Part shown: one piece after another, positions 48,722 to 61,263 of the stretch | Numbering within the stretch: position 1 is the first letter of the stretch | How the letters are laid out: each line of letters starts with the position of its first letter | Assembly (NCBI RefSeq): GCF_029227915.1 | Contig: NC_079887.1 | Location: forward strand, 16,224,214-16,288,213 | Reading direction: 5' to 3' | Length of the DNA: 64,000 nucleotides | Source: Hydractinia symbiolongicarpus | Lineage: Eukaryota | Made by a program: the position numbers and the translations under genes | Notes under the pieces: model-generated | Seen by the model: the letters and a program-made list of their open reading frames with translations, nothing else | Database searches by the model: none | Told to the model about the DNA's origin: nothing

Positions 48722-51700
48722 GTAAACTTCTATTTTATAGTTTTCTGTTATCAGTAAAAAGAAATGATGATATATATTTTGATGAGACACACTTATTAAT
48801 CGAGAATATTGTATTATGGCACATTTTTAGTATACAACATTATACGCATGGAACGCAATTTGTAAATTTGGGGAATGGATCGGGATGCCGGGTAAGAAAA
48901 TAATTAAGTAAGGCAGGACAGATAACGCATGCTGCTAGTAATCATAACAAGGTAATCACACCAAAATGCTTGCCCAAGGCAAAGAGGGTAATTTCCTAAG
49001 AGTATGAACGTTTTGGTTGCCCCTTATGGTGTCTTCTGCACCCAATAAACATGCGTTATCAATAATCGTGAGCTAAAGGTGGAATGCACATGCTGGTCCA
49101 GTAGTAGCAGTAAAACCTTCACAACTCTCGTAGCCAAATGGTTGTATAAGGAAACCGTGTGGCTAGAGCAACAGTGCAGCCACAGTGATCAGTGATCGCA
49201 TGACCACCCATCGACGACTGGGTGATGTGAGCCAATCCAAAAGCTTGATCGTATGCTTGCAGTGCTGGACTAGTGCGTGAAAAGAAGTGCCAGTGGTTGG
49301 AAGCAATCATATTCGGCAAGTGTCATCCGGTTTGGCAGCACATAAACATAGTTAGTTCAAGTAAATAGATGGTCTTGTCTTTTGAAAACATTGTTGATTT
49401 AACCCTATTTATACTAAGGTGAACAATTTTCAAAATCCTATTTTAGGAGTTGCCATGGCAACAGTGTTGCTAAATATTGTTCAAGAGAAAAAAAAATTTA
49501 AAATCATTCACCTTCTGCTTTGTCCCAAATAGTATATGAACCATTTTACAAACTAAATTTATTCATCAATCAACCAATCTTTTTGATTCATTATGGTTGG
49601 TGGTTAAAACGCATATTTTAAAAAATGATATCATAGCGAAATGTATCTCTGCCAATCATTATCTTGTATGTTATACTATGTTCCAATCAAGTTTCAGCAA
49701 CAAGCCATCAGTGTTACTAAGGTGGTTAAATCTACCCTGTAAAAGGATATTTGGTATTAAGAAATCAAGAATGGTATATGTGCTTAAAAATATAATCCAC
49801 AAAAATATACATTTTAATATTTAAAAAGACAATTCTATACATAGTCTTATTTATTTTGTTCAGTTACCAAGCAAGAACGAAACCACCAACAGTTACAATG
49901 CCTAGAATAAAGGTAAAGTATTATTATACATGTTTATCCAATATAATGTTTGTTTCATGTAATGATATGTGAACATTTAATTTTTCAATTTTCAATTTTT
50001 CAAACATCCATATTTACACAGACTTAGGCAACTAAAAAAATGGGCAGAAAGTTTTGTGTTAACTGGCTGGCACGAAAACATTTTTCCTTGAAGTTTTTAT
50101 CTCAATCAAAACAATAATCACATTGCTTCTTTGTTGCTTTTTTAAAACAAATCATCATCATCATCATTCTCGGCTTAACGTCCGTTTTCCATGCTAGCAT
50201 GGGTTGGACGGGGTATATTAATGACCCTCTTCCAATCTGATCTAGACTGTGTTAGATCTAAACTCAACTTCCTCTGTATCAAGTCTTTCCTTATAACCTC
50301 CTGCCAAGTCTTTCTCGATCTGCCTCTGGGCTTTGCCCCAGGAACTATCAAGTCTCTACACTTTCTTACCCAATTATCCTCAAAATATACAAAAGAAATA
50401 TTCAGGCTAAGTTTGTTCGAACTTTTTTTAGGCATTTACTTCTGGTTCAATCTCTGGCTTTAGTGACATATTTTTAAACATTGCGTCACCAGAGTTTAAA
50501 GAAGATAACTTTGTGACACAGATGCACAAAGCTGGCATGAAAATGTTGTTTTTTGGGGATGAAACATGGTTGAAATTATTTCCATATCAATTTGAAAGAT
50601 TTGACGGGACAAATTCCTTTTTCGTGACAGACTATACTGAGGTAAAAACTTCGATACTTTTAGTTTTAATGATTGTTGCACGCGAGTTTAATAACGTTGT
50701 TTTTATACAGTGTAATTAAAGGTTCCCTCCGACGTTTTAATGATGCTACCTAATAATGTTCTATTCATATAAGTATTAAAGAAAATAACATTCGTTTTTT
50801 ACAGAAAAGTTTAGTACAGCAAATAATTGTAAATAAACTTTCAAATTTTGAGCTACCTCGCTTCATGCGGCTTTATCATGCTCACGCTTCTTCTCGAACT
50901 TTGAAATTCATAATGGCTGCATAATTGACGTCACAAGGACCAAAGAATTATAGGATACCTCACGGTGATATATTCTACTGACTAATTCGTGTTTAGAATG
51001 CCTTGTTGATATGTTTCGAAGTATTAAATATTTATGAGATATAGAAGATTCATTAGCGCTAGAAAAAATTTTTGTTGTTTGCTTAATGCAGAATTATTTG
51101 TTTTCTTTTAAAAGCAACACGTTTGTTAAGTACTGTAATCTTCGGATGAGTCGGAATCAAAATGTTCTAACGTTGTACTTGGCTTCCAGTTTAAACCTAA
51201 ACGTAGGGGGGGGGGGGGTTTATCGGACTCATCGTGGGTTACATATGACTGTGATAGCGATGGGGAAATAGCAGAGTTAGGATTAACCTTGACGCTACGT
51301 CGTGGTGTAAATGCAACAATTGTCGTCAAATGAGCACTGAAACTGAATGTTTTTGCTGTCACGAACTGGAATCAAGTCACATATATATAACCTACAAGGT
51401 GTGTACTTTTTAGCGGGATATACGTTTTTTCACAAAAAATTCACACACAAAATTCACGTAAGATGAATACTCATCTTCTGTAAAAGACCACACGCTTTTG
51501 CGAAAACATTGTTGTAGAACCAGCAACTCGCAATTAACCACCAGCTTTAATTAACAAAGACACACGTCAATACTGATTGTGATATACAAACCATGTCGAC
51601 TTTGCGCATAATCACGCCTTGCAAACTCGCCAACAGTTCTTTATGAAACAGTACTGGCACTACTTTTAAAATCTCTCGATAAAACACCATCTTAGCACAA

Positions 51701-54700
51701 ATGTGCTAACTGACACCTTCGTGCCTAGTGCTATTTACAAATTTGCGTTGAAAAATAATAAATACTCAACTGCATAACCTTGACTGTAATAAATCTAATT
51801 AACTTACATTTTTGCTTTATGCTTTGAGAACAAAAGCCCACTAAATCACCTGGCATTGTAGGGAAAACAAAAAGACTGTTTGTCAGTGGTAGAAAACAAC
51901 AGAGTAAAAACACACCAAAATCCCTCGATGCAATAATGGACTTCGAATTGGAGGATATGAATATAACGGACTTCACGTTTCAAAATGAAGTACTATAGAC
52001 GCCTCCTCTAAACACACCATCTACATCAACAAAAACAACAACCTCAACAACAATGGTAACCAACAAAATAGAACCTGTACAACCGCCATTGATAAATAAT
52101 ACTGGACCTGGCAACAACCTTGGCAATTCGACAACAAAACCTAAAGGTGGAAATATCGAACGTTCCATTTCAATGTCGACTTCAAAGGTTTCATCAACAA
52201 CCAACCTTGAAGCACAAAAAAAGTACAATAAATCCACAAACAAATACCATCATTGACATAAACTGTTTTGTTATAAGCATAACTTTCTTTATATAAGAGC
52301 AACTTTCTTCCCCCATTACCAACTCTATTATAAAAGGAAAACTTGATATACACCGTTATAAAACACAACATCACAATACATTTAATGCAAAGATACTGGG
52401 AACTAACTTGTTCCGTCATTTTAAGAGGAAGTGTAACGAACAAAGGTACCGTTAATTCTAAAACACAAAATAAAACAACGTCGTGACATGAGCTACAATA
52501 TGCCAACTCTCTCAAAAAGAAAAGAAATCCATATCACCATAGCAACTATTGTACTCATGATATGAAAAAAATATATTTACAATTGGTCGAATCGAACGAC
52601 ATTTAGTAACGGTCTGTTACCACAGCCATCCAACACCTTAGACTTGACACCTAAACTATTTTTCAAAGCAACTAAAATTCATATTACCATAGCAACATTA
52701 TGCACCACCATTGTGCCTTAAAATATCAAACATATACTGTAGAACAGCCTGTTGACACAAATTTTCAACAAAACGTAACGCATGGACACCTTTAGCTGTG
52801 TCCAACTCTGAAATTAGCCTAAATTGTGTTTTACTTATAAAAGAGACCTGAGTACAAAGTTGCAACCGGTCTCTTAAATTAATCATAACCCATATCGCTA
52901 TGGCAACAACTAATACTCACATTGCGCTTTTTTGAAAAAGACGAACAACAGTCGACAACGGCCCGTTTAAACGGCCCTTCAACTATATATGGCTGCACAT
53001 GTCTTAAAATCGACCTCTTTTCACTCAAGTAGCTGTTGTAGCAAGACATACATACGCAAAATATACATACACATCATGAATCAAAACGATCCTTTGAATT
53101 TGTTTCAGTTGCACGACAATGAGAACGGTAAGTTAAAAAAAGAAAATTGTTCTTACTAACTGATGAGAATACCTAAACAAAGGTATGGCCCACTATCACG
53201 AGGAGTTATTGATTAGTCCGTGCTAGGACGGGGCCGAAAACTCCAATGACGGTAGAAATCAACTGATCTCATTATTCAGTTAGTTTTTTAAAAAGAACGA
53301 AACACAAATTGCCAATATCAACACTTATATATTGGTAGATAACCAGAGCAAACTACAACAACATGTTCGCTCAAACAAACTTAAACTAAACCAATTTGAT
53401 TGTTCAATGTACGATGGGGAAAGCAAGAGGGAATAACACACTGATTTTCACACATAACACACTGATTATCTCATTACTAAGTTAGTATTTTTTAAAAGAA
53501 CGAAACACAAATTGCCAATATCAACACTTATATATTTTTAGATAACCAGAGCAAACTACAACAACGTGTTCGCTCGAATAAACTAAAACTAAACCAATTT
53601 GATCGTTCAATGTACGATGGGGAAAGCGAGAGGGAATAACACACTGATTTTCACACACACGAAGCGTGTTTTTAATGCTGCAATAATGGCGGTCGAAGCA
53701 CAAGGTTTTATGAAAACATGGAATAAGCAAATCGTGTTTATGCTTTTATTTTGCAAGTAAATCATTAAATAATACTTTTTTCTATAATGTTTTAATGGTT
53801 CCTTTCGATTAAGATGAACTTGTTATAACGTCGGAGGTAACCTTTAAACAATGGTTGTCTCCAAGCATTCAGGCATGACATTGCTGTTTGCTGTTACCTT
53901 TTTAGAGAAGAAACTTTGATGTGAAGAAAATTTAACAAAATTGGCAAATTCTGAAAAAATATACTAAATTAAATCCATGCTGAATTTAATATATTTGACC
54001 ATTTGCCAAATTTAATCCATTTGAAGTTATAATAATAGCCTTATTCAGGCCATTCCTTGAGACGAGTGCGATCGCACACGCACTCGCCCGCACACTCGTA
54101 AAAAAAGTTACGAGTGCTTTTTATCACACTCGTGAATTTTTTCGTTTTCTAAAATATTATAGAGCGATGAAAAAGGCTATTACGCTGATTACTCTTCGTG
54201 ATTGATTTTGTTTGAAAGATATTTTCTTATGTTTTCATACTCACTTTGATAATTGTACCTTTATTTAAAAAAACAAGTGCTCACATGCTTTTTTCTTTTC
54301 ATATTGATCCCACTCACTTGCTACATTTTATTTTGAAACAATGACTGACTTGTTCTACAGTAATCCCTTGTGACGTATTTCACCTGTTCTATCTGATAAA
54401 ATGTTTGTATTCGAAAAAAACAACAACTTCATTCCGATGTTGAATTATCATGAAAGCAAAGATAAAGCGAGTTGAACTTTCAACATTTAAATCATATGGA
54501 CAAGAAGAAGTTATAGGACATAAAACAGAAGAAATAAATAATAAGACATACATAACTTTTATGTGGTGCAAATTATGTGCAAAATTATTATTACTAGAAA
54601 AGAACATTATCTTTTTAACTTTTTTTGAACAGCAGGAAAAAAGGTATTTAAATGTATTTTTATACTTTCACCACCAGGTAGCTAAAGATTAAAATACCTT

Positions 54701-57700
54701 CTGGTGGCCCGCAAATATAAAAACGAAAGAAACTGTTTTTAAACAAATAATTGTTTGTACACAAGGAGAGTATGACGTGAATATTAGACCAAAATAAATA
54801 CTAAAAAAAGTTGTTTAATAAAACAAAATTTTGTTCATACACAATGAGAGGGCACAAAAGTATATCGTATTAAAAAGAAGTCTGGAAGTTTTCTCTCCAA
54901 CAAGACACGGCAGGCAATAAGTCAGCCCTGCCCTCGGTTCTGTGAGGAGAGATGTTCTGCGAAGACTATCAATTGAGTCTTCTGTACAGTTTGCTTCATG
55001 TTGAACTGTGCCCGTGATAAGCATTTTCGACGCATGTCACCGGCGACTTCTGCGATATACAACCTAATGATGACCTTCAGTTCGTAAAGAGCACGTGCTC
55101 AACGTACTTCCTAATGAGTTCATCTCGAAACATAGAAAGCCAGTTAGCAGTGAACTATTAACTTAACGAAGTACACCATCGGGTAGGTAGGTCAATGGGA
55201 CTTGTACTCCATTTCCAAATCAGCTGAAATGTATCTCACGTCGGCATTTTTATTGCCGACGCAAAACAATCTAATTTTAGGGGCGTTATGCAGCTTAAAA
55301 AACATAACGTTCTGGTAAACAAAAAATAGTGAAGTGTGAATCACACTTGCAAATATTCACATCGCACTAGTAAATTTTGCTTACGAGTGCGATTTTTCGC
55401 ACACCATAGCACTCGTAATTTTTTTAGCGGGTGCTTTTTGTAGCTCTGGCATAGTTTTATTCAAGACATGGCCTGCTTATTATGTCTTTCTGTTTAAAAT
55501 GGTTTCCCTGCAGCTTTATTTCAAACCCCTGTCTGAGTAATTTCATTACTTGATGTTTACAGGCATGAAAAAGATCTATTAGAAGAAGATATATTAATAC
55601 ACATATTCTGTCTCTCTCTATTTTATAGTCATATATAAGAAGAATTGGCTACTGACTAGTTCCTTTAAAAATCGAAAATAATTTTAATGAAGCGAATTTT
55701 GAGAGCAATGCTTTCGTCAGAAATTGATGATGAATAAACACGACATATTGCATTTTACATGTTAACGAGTAAAACACGAGTTAAACCAAGCCAATAAGAA
55801 AGTTTTTTGATTTCCCAAATTAAAACCACGCCAAATTTCTTCTTTTAAGGTATATCAGGCTTCCCGCAAATGCTGGAATAGATGGGAAATTGCTCTCTTT
55901 CTGTATGTCTGATAGAACCTTGGAAAGTAATACATGTTTTTTAGAAATCACTGCTTAGATTGCTGGAAACTGCTTAGATTGCTGGAAAACAAATTGTAAC
56001 AAATTTTATGTGGAGATGAAATCTCTGCTGCATAATCCCACGCAATTTTAAAAACCTTTACCAAGAACTTTGATTAGTATGCTGGTAATTGAACCAAAGG
56101 ATCAAATTGGAGTTTTACAACAATTTTCTGGCAAAGTTCAAATTTTTTTCAAAACTCACGAAAATTGTTAATTTTTTTTTCTTGTAAAGATTTCTGTAGG
56201 ATAAAGTACAAATATCCTTTTTAACTTGGGTTAGATGACTTTTTTTAATTTTTTACATGAACATTTCAGGTGGATGATAACATAACAAGGCATATAGAAA
56301 AAGAATTCAAACAGACAGATTGGAATGTAACGGTAATGCATTATTTAGGACTGGATCATATTGGACATCTAGCTGGCCCATCGAGCCCGTTAGTTGGACC
56401 AAAGTTAACTGAAATGGATCGAATTATAGAGCTGATTTTTAATAAGCTAGTATACCGGGACAAGAACTTGGGTACTCAGAGCTTGCTGTTGATTTGTGGT
56501 GATCATGGAATGAGTGATGCGGGAAGTCATGGTGGTTCATCCCTGCAAGAGATATTGACGCCTGCTATTTTTATAGACACTAAAGCAGGTATACAATTTA
56601 ACAAAAATGATATGGAAAGTGTTTATCTCCTGATGCTGCTTTTTACTCTATTTTTTGCTTGTTAAAATAAGTGGAAAAAAATCCACCACTGAGAGTGTGG
56701 TTATAGGTGTACAACGTGAAACTCATTCTGGCAAGAAATTTCATGCATGTGTTAGTTGAAACATCTGTATAACGTCATGTCGGATTCATGTCGGCATGAA
56801 TTTTATATGGGTACATGTAACCGGCACTTTCACTTCAATGCTAGCATGAGTTACATGTCACCTACATCTAATAACTTCACTGTTTTCAAGATGTTATGCT
56901 TTGTTTTCCATGCACCGATGGTTCAATCTTTAGGGTTTACAGCCAACCTTGAAATCAGAGAGTTGCCAGGCGGATAACATTCAGAAAATCTTTTAGTTTA
57001 TATGACTGTAACGTAATTGTAAAAAATTGATTAACAGTAACCTCTACTTGATTTTTTTTAATTTTAAAATTTTTATCACCTTGCTGATGTAATTTACAGG
57101 GTTTAATTACTTTCTCCAGCTTGAGTATGCTGATGACTGAGAAATTGGATTTGTCAGAGTGTGAAAACTGACTCAGAAACCATTCTTAGTACTATACATT
57201 GAGCATTAATCTACACGTAAACTTTGTGATTTTTATAGCCGATTATATACTTACTAAAATGTTTGTAAAAGTCGAAATCGCAAAAATAAATGGTCACCAA
57301 CCTTTTGAATGATAAGAAGACCATTTTAAAAAGTTCTTACTTTTTATTTTTGGGTGTTTTCTTGTACTCTCACAAGTAGATGAGGAAATCGAACGATCAC
57401 CTTGGTTAACGTTTTTTATAAACGTTTTTTTATTCCACTTGAGCATTCCATAAAAAATAATATACAGAAACATAGATGGGTCTATATCCGGTGAAGGCTT
57501 GTACACGAAGGGACTATATATGAGGACTTACCAAAAAGTTGTATAAGAGACTTCCCCAAATCAGAACTGATGTTTAGACTTAATTTCCATAGGATTCGGG
57601 ATCTTTCTGGATTTATATTATAGCTGTGAATTAAAAACAGTTGAGATGATTTTTATTTAGGGGTTCATTTTACCAACAAGACTATAGAGCAGGTTGATTT

Positions 57701-60700
57701 TGCATCAAATCTTGCTGTTTTGTTTGGTCTTCAAGTCCCGTTGTCAAGGTAACGCGTTTATTTGTTTGTTTGTGTTATGTTCCAAGCCTAAAGATATCGC
57801 TGATTGTCTCGCCTAATGTCAGGGAATGTCTTTGTATCTGAGGAGCGGAGAGGACATGGGAAGAGGATTTCTGTCTTTTTCTGGAGTTCGTATTTTTAGG
57901 TGTATTTTTTACCATTATTCAGTGTGTCAAAAATCATTTTTTAGAGAAAAAACAAAACTTTGAAAATAAATATTTATGATAAAAAACGTAAACGTGTCAC
58001 AATATTTGTTTACTTTATTGAGAGATTTTTGCGAAAGCTATTTCAGGTATCTCGCTAAAATAATTCCCATAGAAATTTTTTTTGGCCTAAACCGAGAAAA
58101 TAACTCCCCGCTAAAATTTGTTACCTTCTATTAATGATGCAGGTACACTGATTTGTTTTGATGTGGTGCTTTCAGTCCAAATATACTACACGTTTAAAGG
58201 ATGATGCGAAATCATTCAATTTGGAGATCTGCTATAAATTCTTAACTAGATGAAAAACCGAAAAAAGGCTAATTTGTAAAATTAAATTCCCGCGAAATAT
58301 CAGAATCAACCTGAGAGAAATCATAAAACATCACAGGATGTCACAGAAACTTCGCATCCCTTTATTCGTTTTTTAGTGTTGGTCGACCTATACCGCTGTT
58401 GGATACCTTATACAGCAAAAAAGAACTTGTTAAAATTAATCAGCATTTTGCTTGTCAACTACACTCCATGGCGGAGGATATAGTATCGAAGACGCTATTA
58501 TCGCAATTGCTTGCTCTATGTCATGGTAACACACACTCTGCGGAAGAGATATTACGCCTTACTACCGAGCATTTGCAAAGTTTAAGTCCAGAATATAAGA
58601 TTGAGTTGATGGTTACTGGTATATGCTTGATGATATTAGGATGCTTCACTTTATTTTATATCTTGGTTGCCGCCATGCCAGCCACCAATTCATTAGTGGA
58701 ATTGATTGATGTAAACAAAGAAGGCGAAACGGCGAGTTTAAAAAACAAAATGGCGGTCCAAGTTGTGAATATATACCAAATAGTATGGGTATGTTTGTTT
58801 CTTGTTAGCATGTTTTCGAGCAGTTTTATAGAAGAAGAACACTATATTTGGTATTACTTTGTTACCAGCTTCTTTTTGCTGTTGTTACTGCTAACCGAAC
58901 GTTCAGAGTCAGCAGTACTTTTGCTTCTGTTAACGTTACTCCGTGTAGCTCGCGCATGGAACCGCACTGGCGTTAAATGGATAGGTTTGGCGGATTTAGG
59001 CGACTGGTTTTTCGAAAGAAATATAAACTATTTTGTGTTTGTTTACATGACGCTATATGTGACTGTGTATGGTTTCTACATGTACACGGAAAGATGGTCG
59101 GGAAAAGTAGCGCTGACGTCAGCCTTTTTGTTGCTGACTGTGCAGAAGTTATGTTCAAATAATAGGTTTGAAGTATTACCGAAAGATTCTGTAACTGCGT
59201 TATATTTGTCTCGCTTAGTATATTTAAATGTTGGTGTTATGGCCTTGTTATACCAGCTTTCATACGTGCAACAGTTAAAAAGTGTTGTGGTGGTGTTGAA
59301 CATGTTATTGTTGAGATGGGAAAACATTCCTTGGTTTTGTACTATCATTTTTATTGAGTTGGTGATCATACAAAAATGTTTAAAATGGTAAGTCAAGTAA
59401 TATATTTTAACAATGCTATTAGTGAAATTAACCTTGTACCTCGGTAAATATTTTTACCATTTTTTTATCCGACTTTTTTAACCCACTCTATTATCCGACT
59501 TCTCTATCCGACTTCTCCATCCGACTTCTCCATCCGACTTCTCCATCCCACTTTTTTATCCGAAATCTTTATCCGACCTGTCATCGCATGTTTTAGTTAA
59601 AAACTCGCGGATTTTTTTAGAGAAACTTTCGCAAATCCATAATTTAAATAAAAATTCGCAAAAAAAACTTTCGTGGTATCTTAAATTACTAAATTTTCGC
59701 AAGATAAACATTCGTGATTTGTGATTTAATGTTATCGATTTGCACGATCAGAGAAATAATTTTTGACATGGAAACAAACTTTCTACAGAAGAAAAAAGCT
59801 ATAAAAAAGCAATGCAGTTTTTTGTGTCAAATGAGTTTGTCTAAAAAATGGGGAAAAGTCATTCCAGAGACTATTTATGGATTAATTTTTTCTGACTTTA
59901 TAAGTTTGAAGCATCGTCGCCTTGTCCTACAGTAATTTGGCAAACACGAGGTCTTGTAACGGTGAGCAATTAGCATCACGTTAATTTTATGTTTGTTTAA
60001 TAAAATCATGCTTCGCTAATTCCTTTGATTTTTTTTATGGCCTGGGGTGGATCAGGCCTTAGGGTGAAAGTGTCGGATTAAGGTGACATTAAAAAATTCC
60101 ATTTGTGTTACAATCTACCTTATTACAACTCTTCATCGCCAACGATGTAAATTTACGAATCACTAGAACAACTTTTGGGGTTCTGAATTTCTTTTGACCA
60201 TAAAGCACGCAATAATAATTTGTCGCGATACGCGTTTTAAAAGTCAAACTTTCTCTGAAATAAAAAATTTGAGCACCCAACGCCAAATTTCTCATCGTGT
60301 ACGACAAACTGTGACTGTCAAAGAAGACTATATTATCCAAAATACTACTTCTTATGTTGTGTGTTAAAAATGGTATCTAATGCTCAGTATGTTTTGCACT
60401 TTGCAGGCAAACGTGTATTTTCAGTAAATACCAAGTGTTTTGGTTATTTCATTCGATGTCCAAGTTCACCTACTTCTCACAAGGTAACTCGAACAGTTTG
60501 ACAACTGTCGACATATCCACTGGAATAATTGGTTTTGACGAATACTATCCAGTGACGGCTAATTTGATTACGTTATTTGCCACTTACGGAGGAGAGTGGT
60601 TCTGGTTTGCAAGCTTCCACGATTTTGTGCATTCAACAAGGTACGGTCAAGTATTGAACTAACTTCTTCAGCCGTTTTCATTTCCGTTTTTGAATCGTTT

Positions 60701-61263
60701 TTTTGGAAGTTAAGTTTGATATACAGCCATTAGGGGATGGTTTGGTAAATTTGAATTCATGTCTAAGCTTTGATGATGCCTCGCTACTGCTTCGCGAGCA
60801 CAATATGTGCTTTTAGTTAACTTGAAAAGACCTAAATCCAATTATTCCCTTCATAATTTTTACATTCCAGTTGCGAAAGGTTATGCCCACGAAATGAAGT
60901 ATTTTGCAAAAGTTTTGACTTCGAAAGCAATCTCCAACAACTCCATATAGATGGAATATAATTGTAGGCACGTCGAAAAATCCACGGCGACATTTCGTGC
61001 ACCCAAAGAATGAACTGGAGGTTTACTCTGCTGACGTATGCTCTTTTTTTAGGATCACGTCAGATATGACGACTCAAATTGCTGTCGTGTCGGTATTATT
61101 TCAATCAATTGAAGAAAGCATATACTGTCTGTTGATTTACACTGAACGATATCATTTGTTTATATGGAGTGTGTTCTCTCCGAGGTTTTTGTATATGCTG
61201 GCGTACACAGCTAACATTATGTCGGTAACTGTTTTGTATATTATTAAAAAAGAGCTGATATAA
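48450..61263 (+). CDS. PIGG: Gene locus: PIGG (GPI7)-like GPI ethanolamine-phosphate transferase 2, 8 coding exons
   Basis: A phase-consistent exon chain aligns to remembered human PIGG: 'VVMVIDALRTDFVFG', 'KPPTVTMPRIKAFTSGS', 'LFFGDETWLKLFP..DGTNSFFVTDYTEVDDNITRHIEK', 'MHYLGLDHIGHLAGPSSPLVGPKLTEMD', 'LICGDHGMSDAGSHGGSS', and the C-terminal multi-TM region. Confidence 0.8.
49864..49912 (+). CDS. PIGG: PIGG-like exon 2
   Basis: tttgttcag|TTACCA ... ATAAAG|gtaaag. 'YQARTKPPTVTMPRIK' matches PIGG 'AEAKPPTVTMPRIK'. Confidence 0.8.
50150..50400 (-). mobile_element. LINE 3' fragment (ORF2 C-terminal tail and (CAT)n microsatellite tail) ending about 30 bp from the PIGG exon-3 acceptor
   Basis: Minus ORF 'LIVPGAKPRGRSRKTWQEVIRKDL..LDLTQSRSDWKRVI' (CR1/L2-type tail). 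(atc)6 at 50153-50170. Confidence 0.55.
50432..50641 (+). CDS. PIGG: PIGG-like exon 3
   Basis: tttttttag|GCATTT ... ACTGAG|gtaaaa. Phase 0/0. Confidence 0.8.
53250..53660. repeat. Tandem duplication of an approximately 205-bp unit
   Basis: 53250-53455 and 53455-53660 are about 90% identical ('..gaacgaaacacaaattgccaatatcaacacttatatat..ccaatttgat.gttcaatgtacgatggggaaagc.agagggaataacacactgatt'). Confidence 0.7.
54045..55450 (+). mobile_element. Non-autonomous hAT derivative carrying a copy of the transposase N-terminal exon
   Basis: ORF 54450-54692 'VELSTFKSYGQEEVIGHKTEEINNKTYITFMWCKLCAK' is paralogous to hAT 14659-15009 'VEISTFKKWGKEDIIGYKTKEADGKTMVNFVWCKICAR'. Left end 'CAGGCCATTCCTTGAGACGAGTGCGATCGCACACGC' resembles the hAT right end 'CAGGCCTGGTCAGGAGACGCGTGCGATCGCACGCGC'. 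Right boundary uncertain. Confidence 0.5.
54848..55075 (-). repeat. About 225-bp dispersed hairpin repeat, copy 2 (inside hAT-derived element)
   Basis: See the 16540-16760 entry. Confidence 0.6.
56270..56588 (+). CDS. PIGG: PIGG-like exon 4: catalytic HYLGLDHIGH / CGDHGM motifs
   Basis: catttcag|GTGGAT ... GCAG|gtatac. Phase 0 to 1. Confidence 0.8.
57661..57748 (+). CDS. PIGG: PIGG-like exon 5
   Basis: ttatttag|GGGTTC ... TCAAG|gtaacg. Phase 1 to 2. 'IEQVDFASNLAVLFGLQVPLS'. Confidence 0.65.
58377..59387 (+). CDS. PIGG: PIGG-like exon 6: large multi-TM exon
   Basis: ttttttag|TGTTGG ... AAATG|gtaagt. Phase 2 to 2. Hydrophobic TM-rich 337 codons. Confidence 0.75.
59455..59580. repeat. Minisatellite, about 11-bp unit 'atccgacttct(c)' x about 10, in a PIGG intron
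   Basis: Tandem units visible. Confidence 0.75.
60407..60640 (+). CDS. PIGG: PIGG-like exon 7
   Basis: ctttgcag|GCAAAC ... ACAAG|gtacgg. Phase 2 to 2. 'FSQGNSNSLTTVDISTGIIGFD' matches the 'FYSTGHQ....I.W.AAFVGF' motif of GPI EtNP transferases. Confidence 0.65.
61053..61263 (+). CDS. PIGG: PIGG-like exon 8: terminal, stop TAA at 61261-61263
   Basis: tcttttttttag|GATCAC ... TAA. Phase 2 in. Possible missed small exon between exons 7 and 8. Confidence 0.6.

Noticed and set aside
58973-59396. Antisense and alternate-frame ORFs inside PIGG exon 6
   Set aside because: They overlap a well-supported, conserved coding exon on the plus strand. Naive ORF-finder artefacts (the track also uses TTG/GTG starts).
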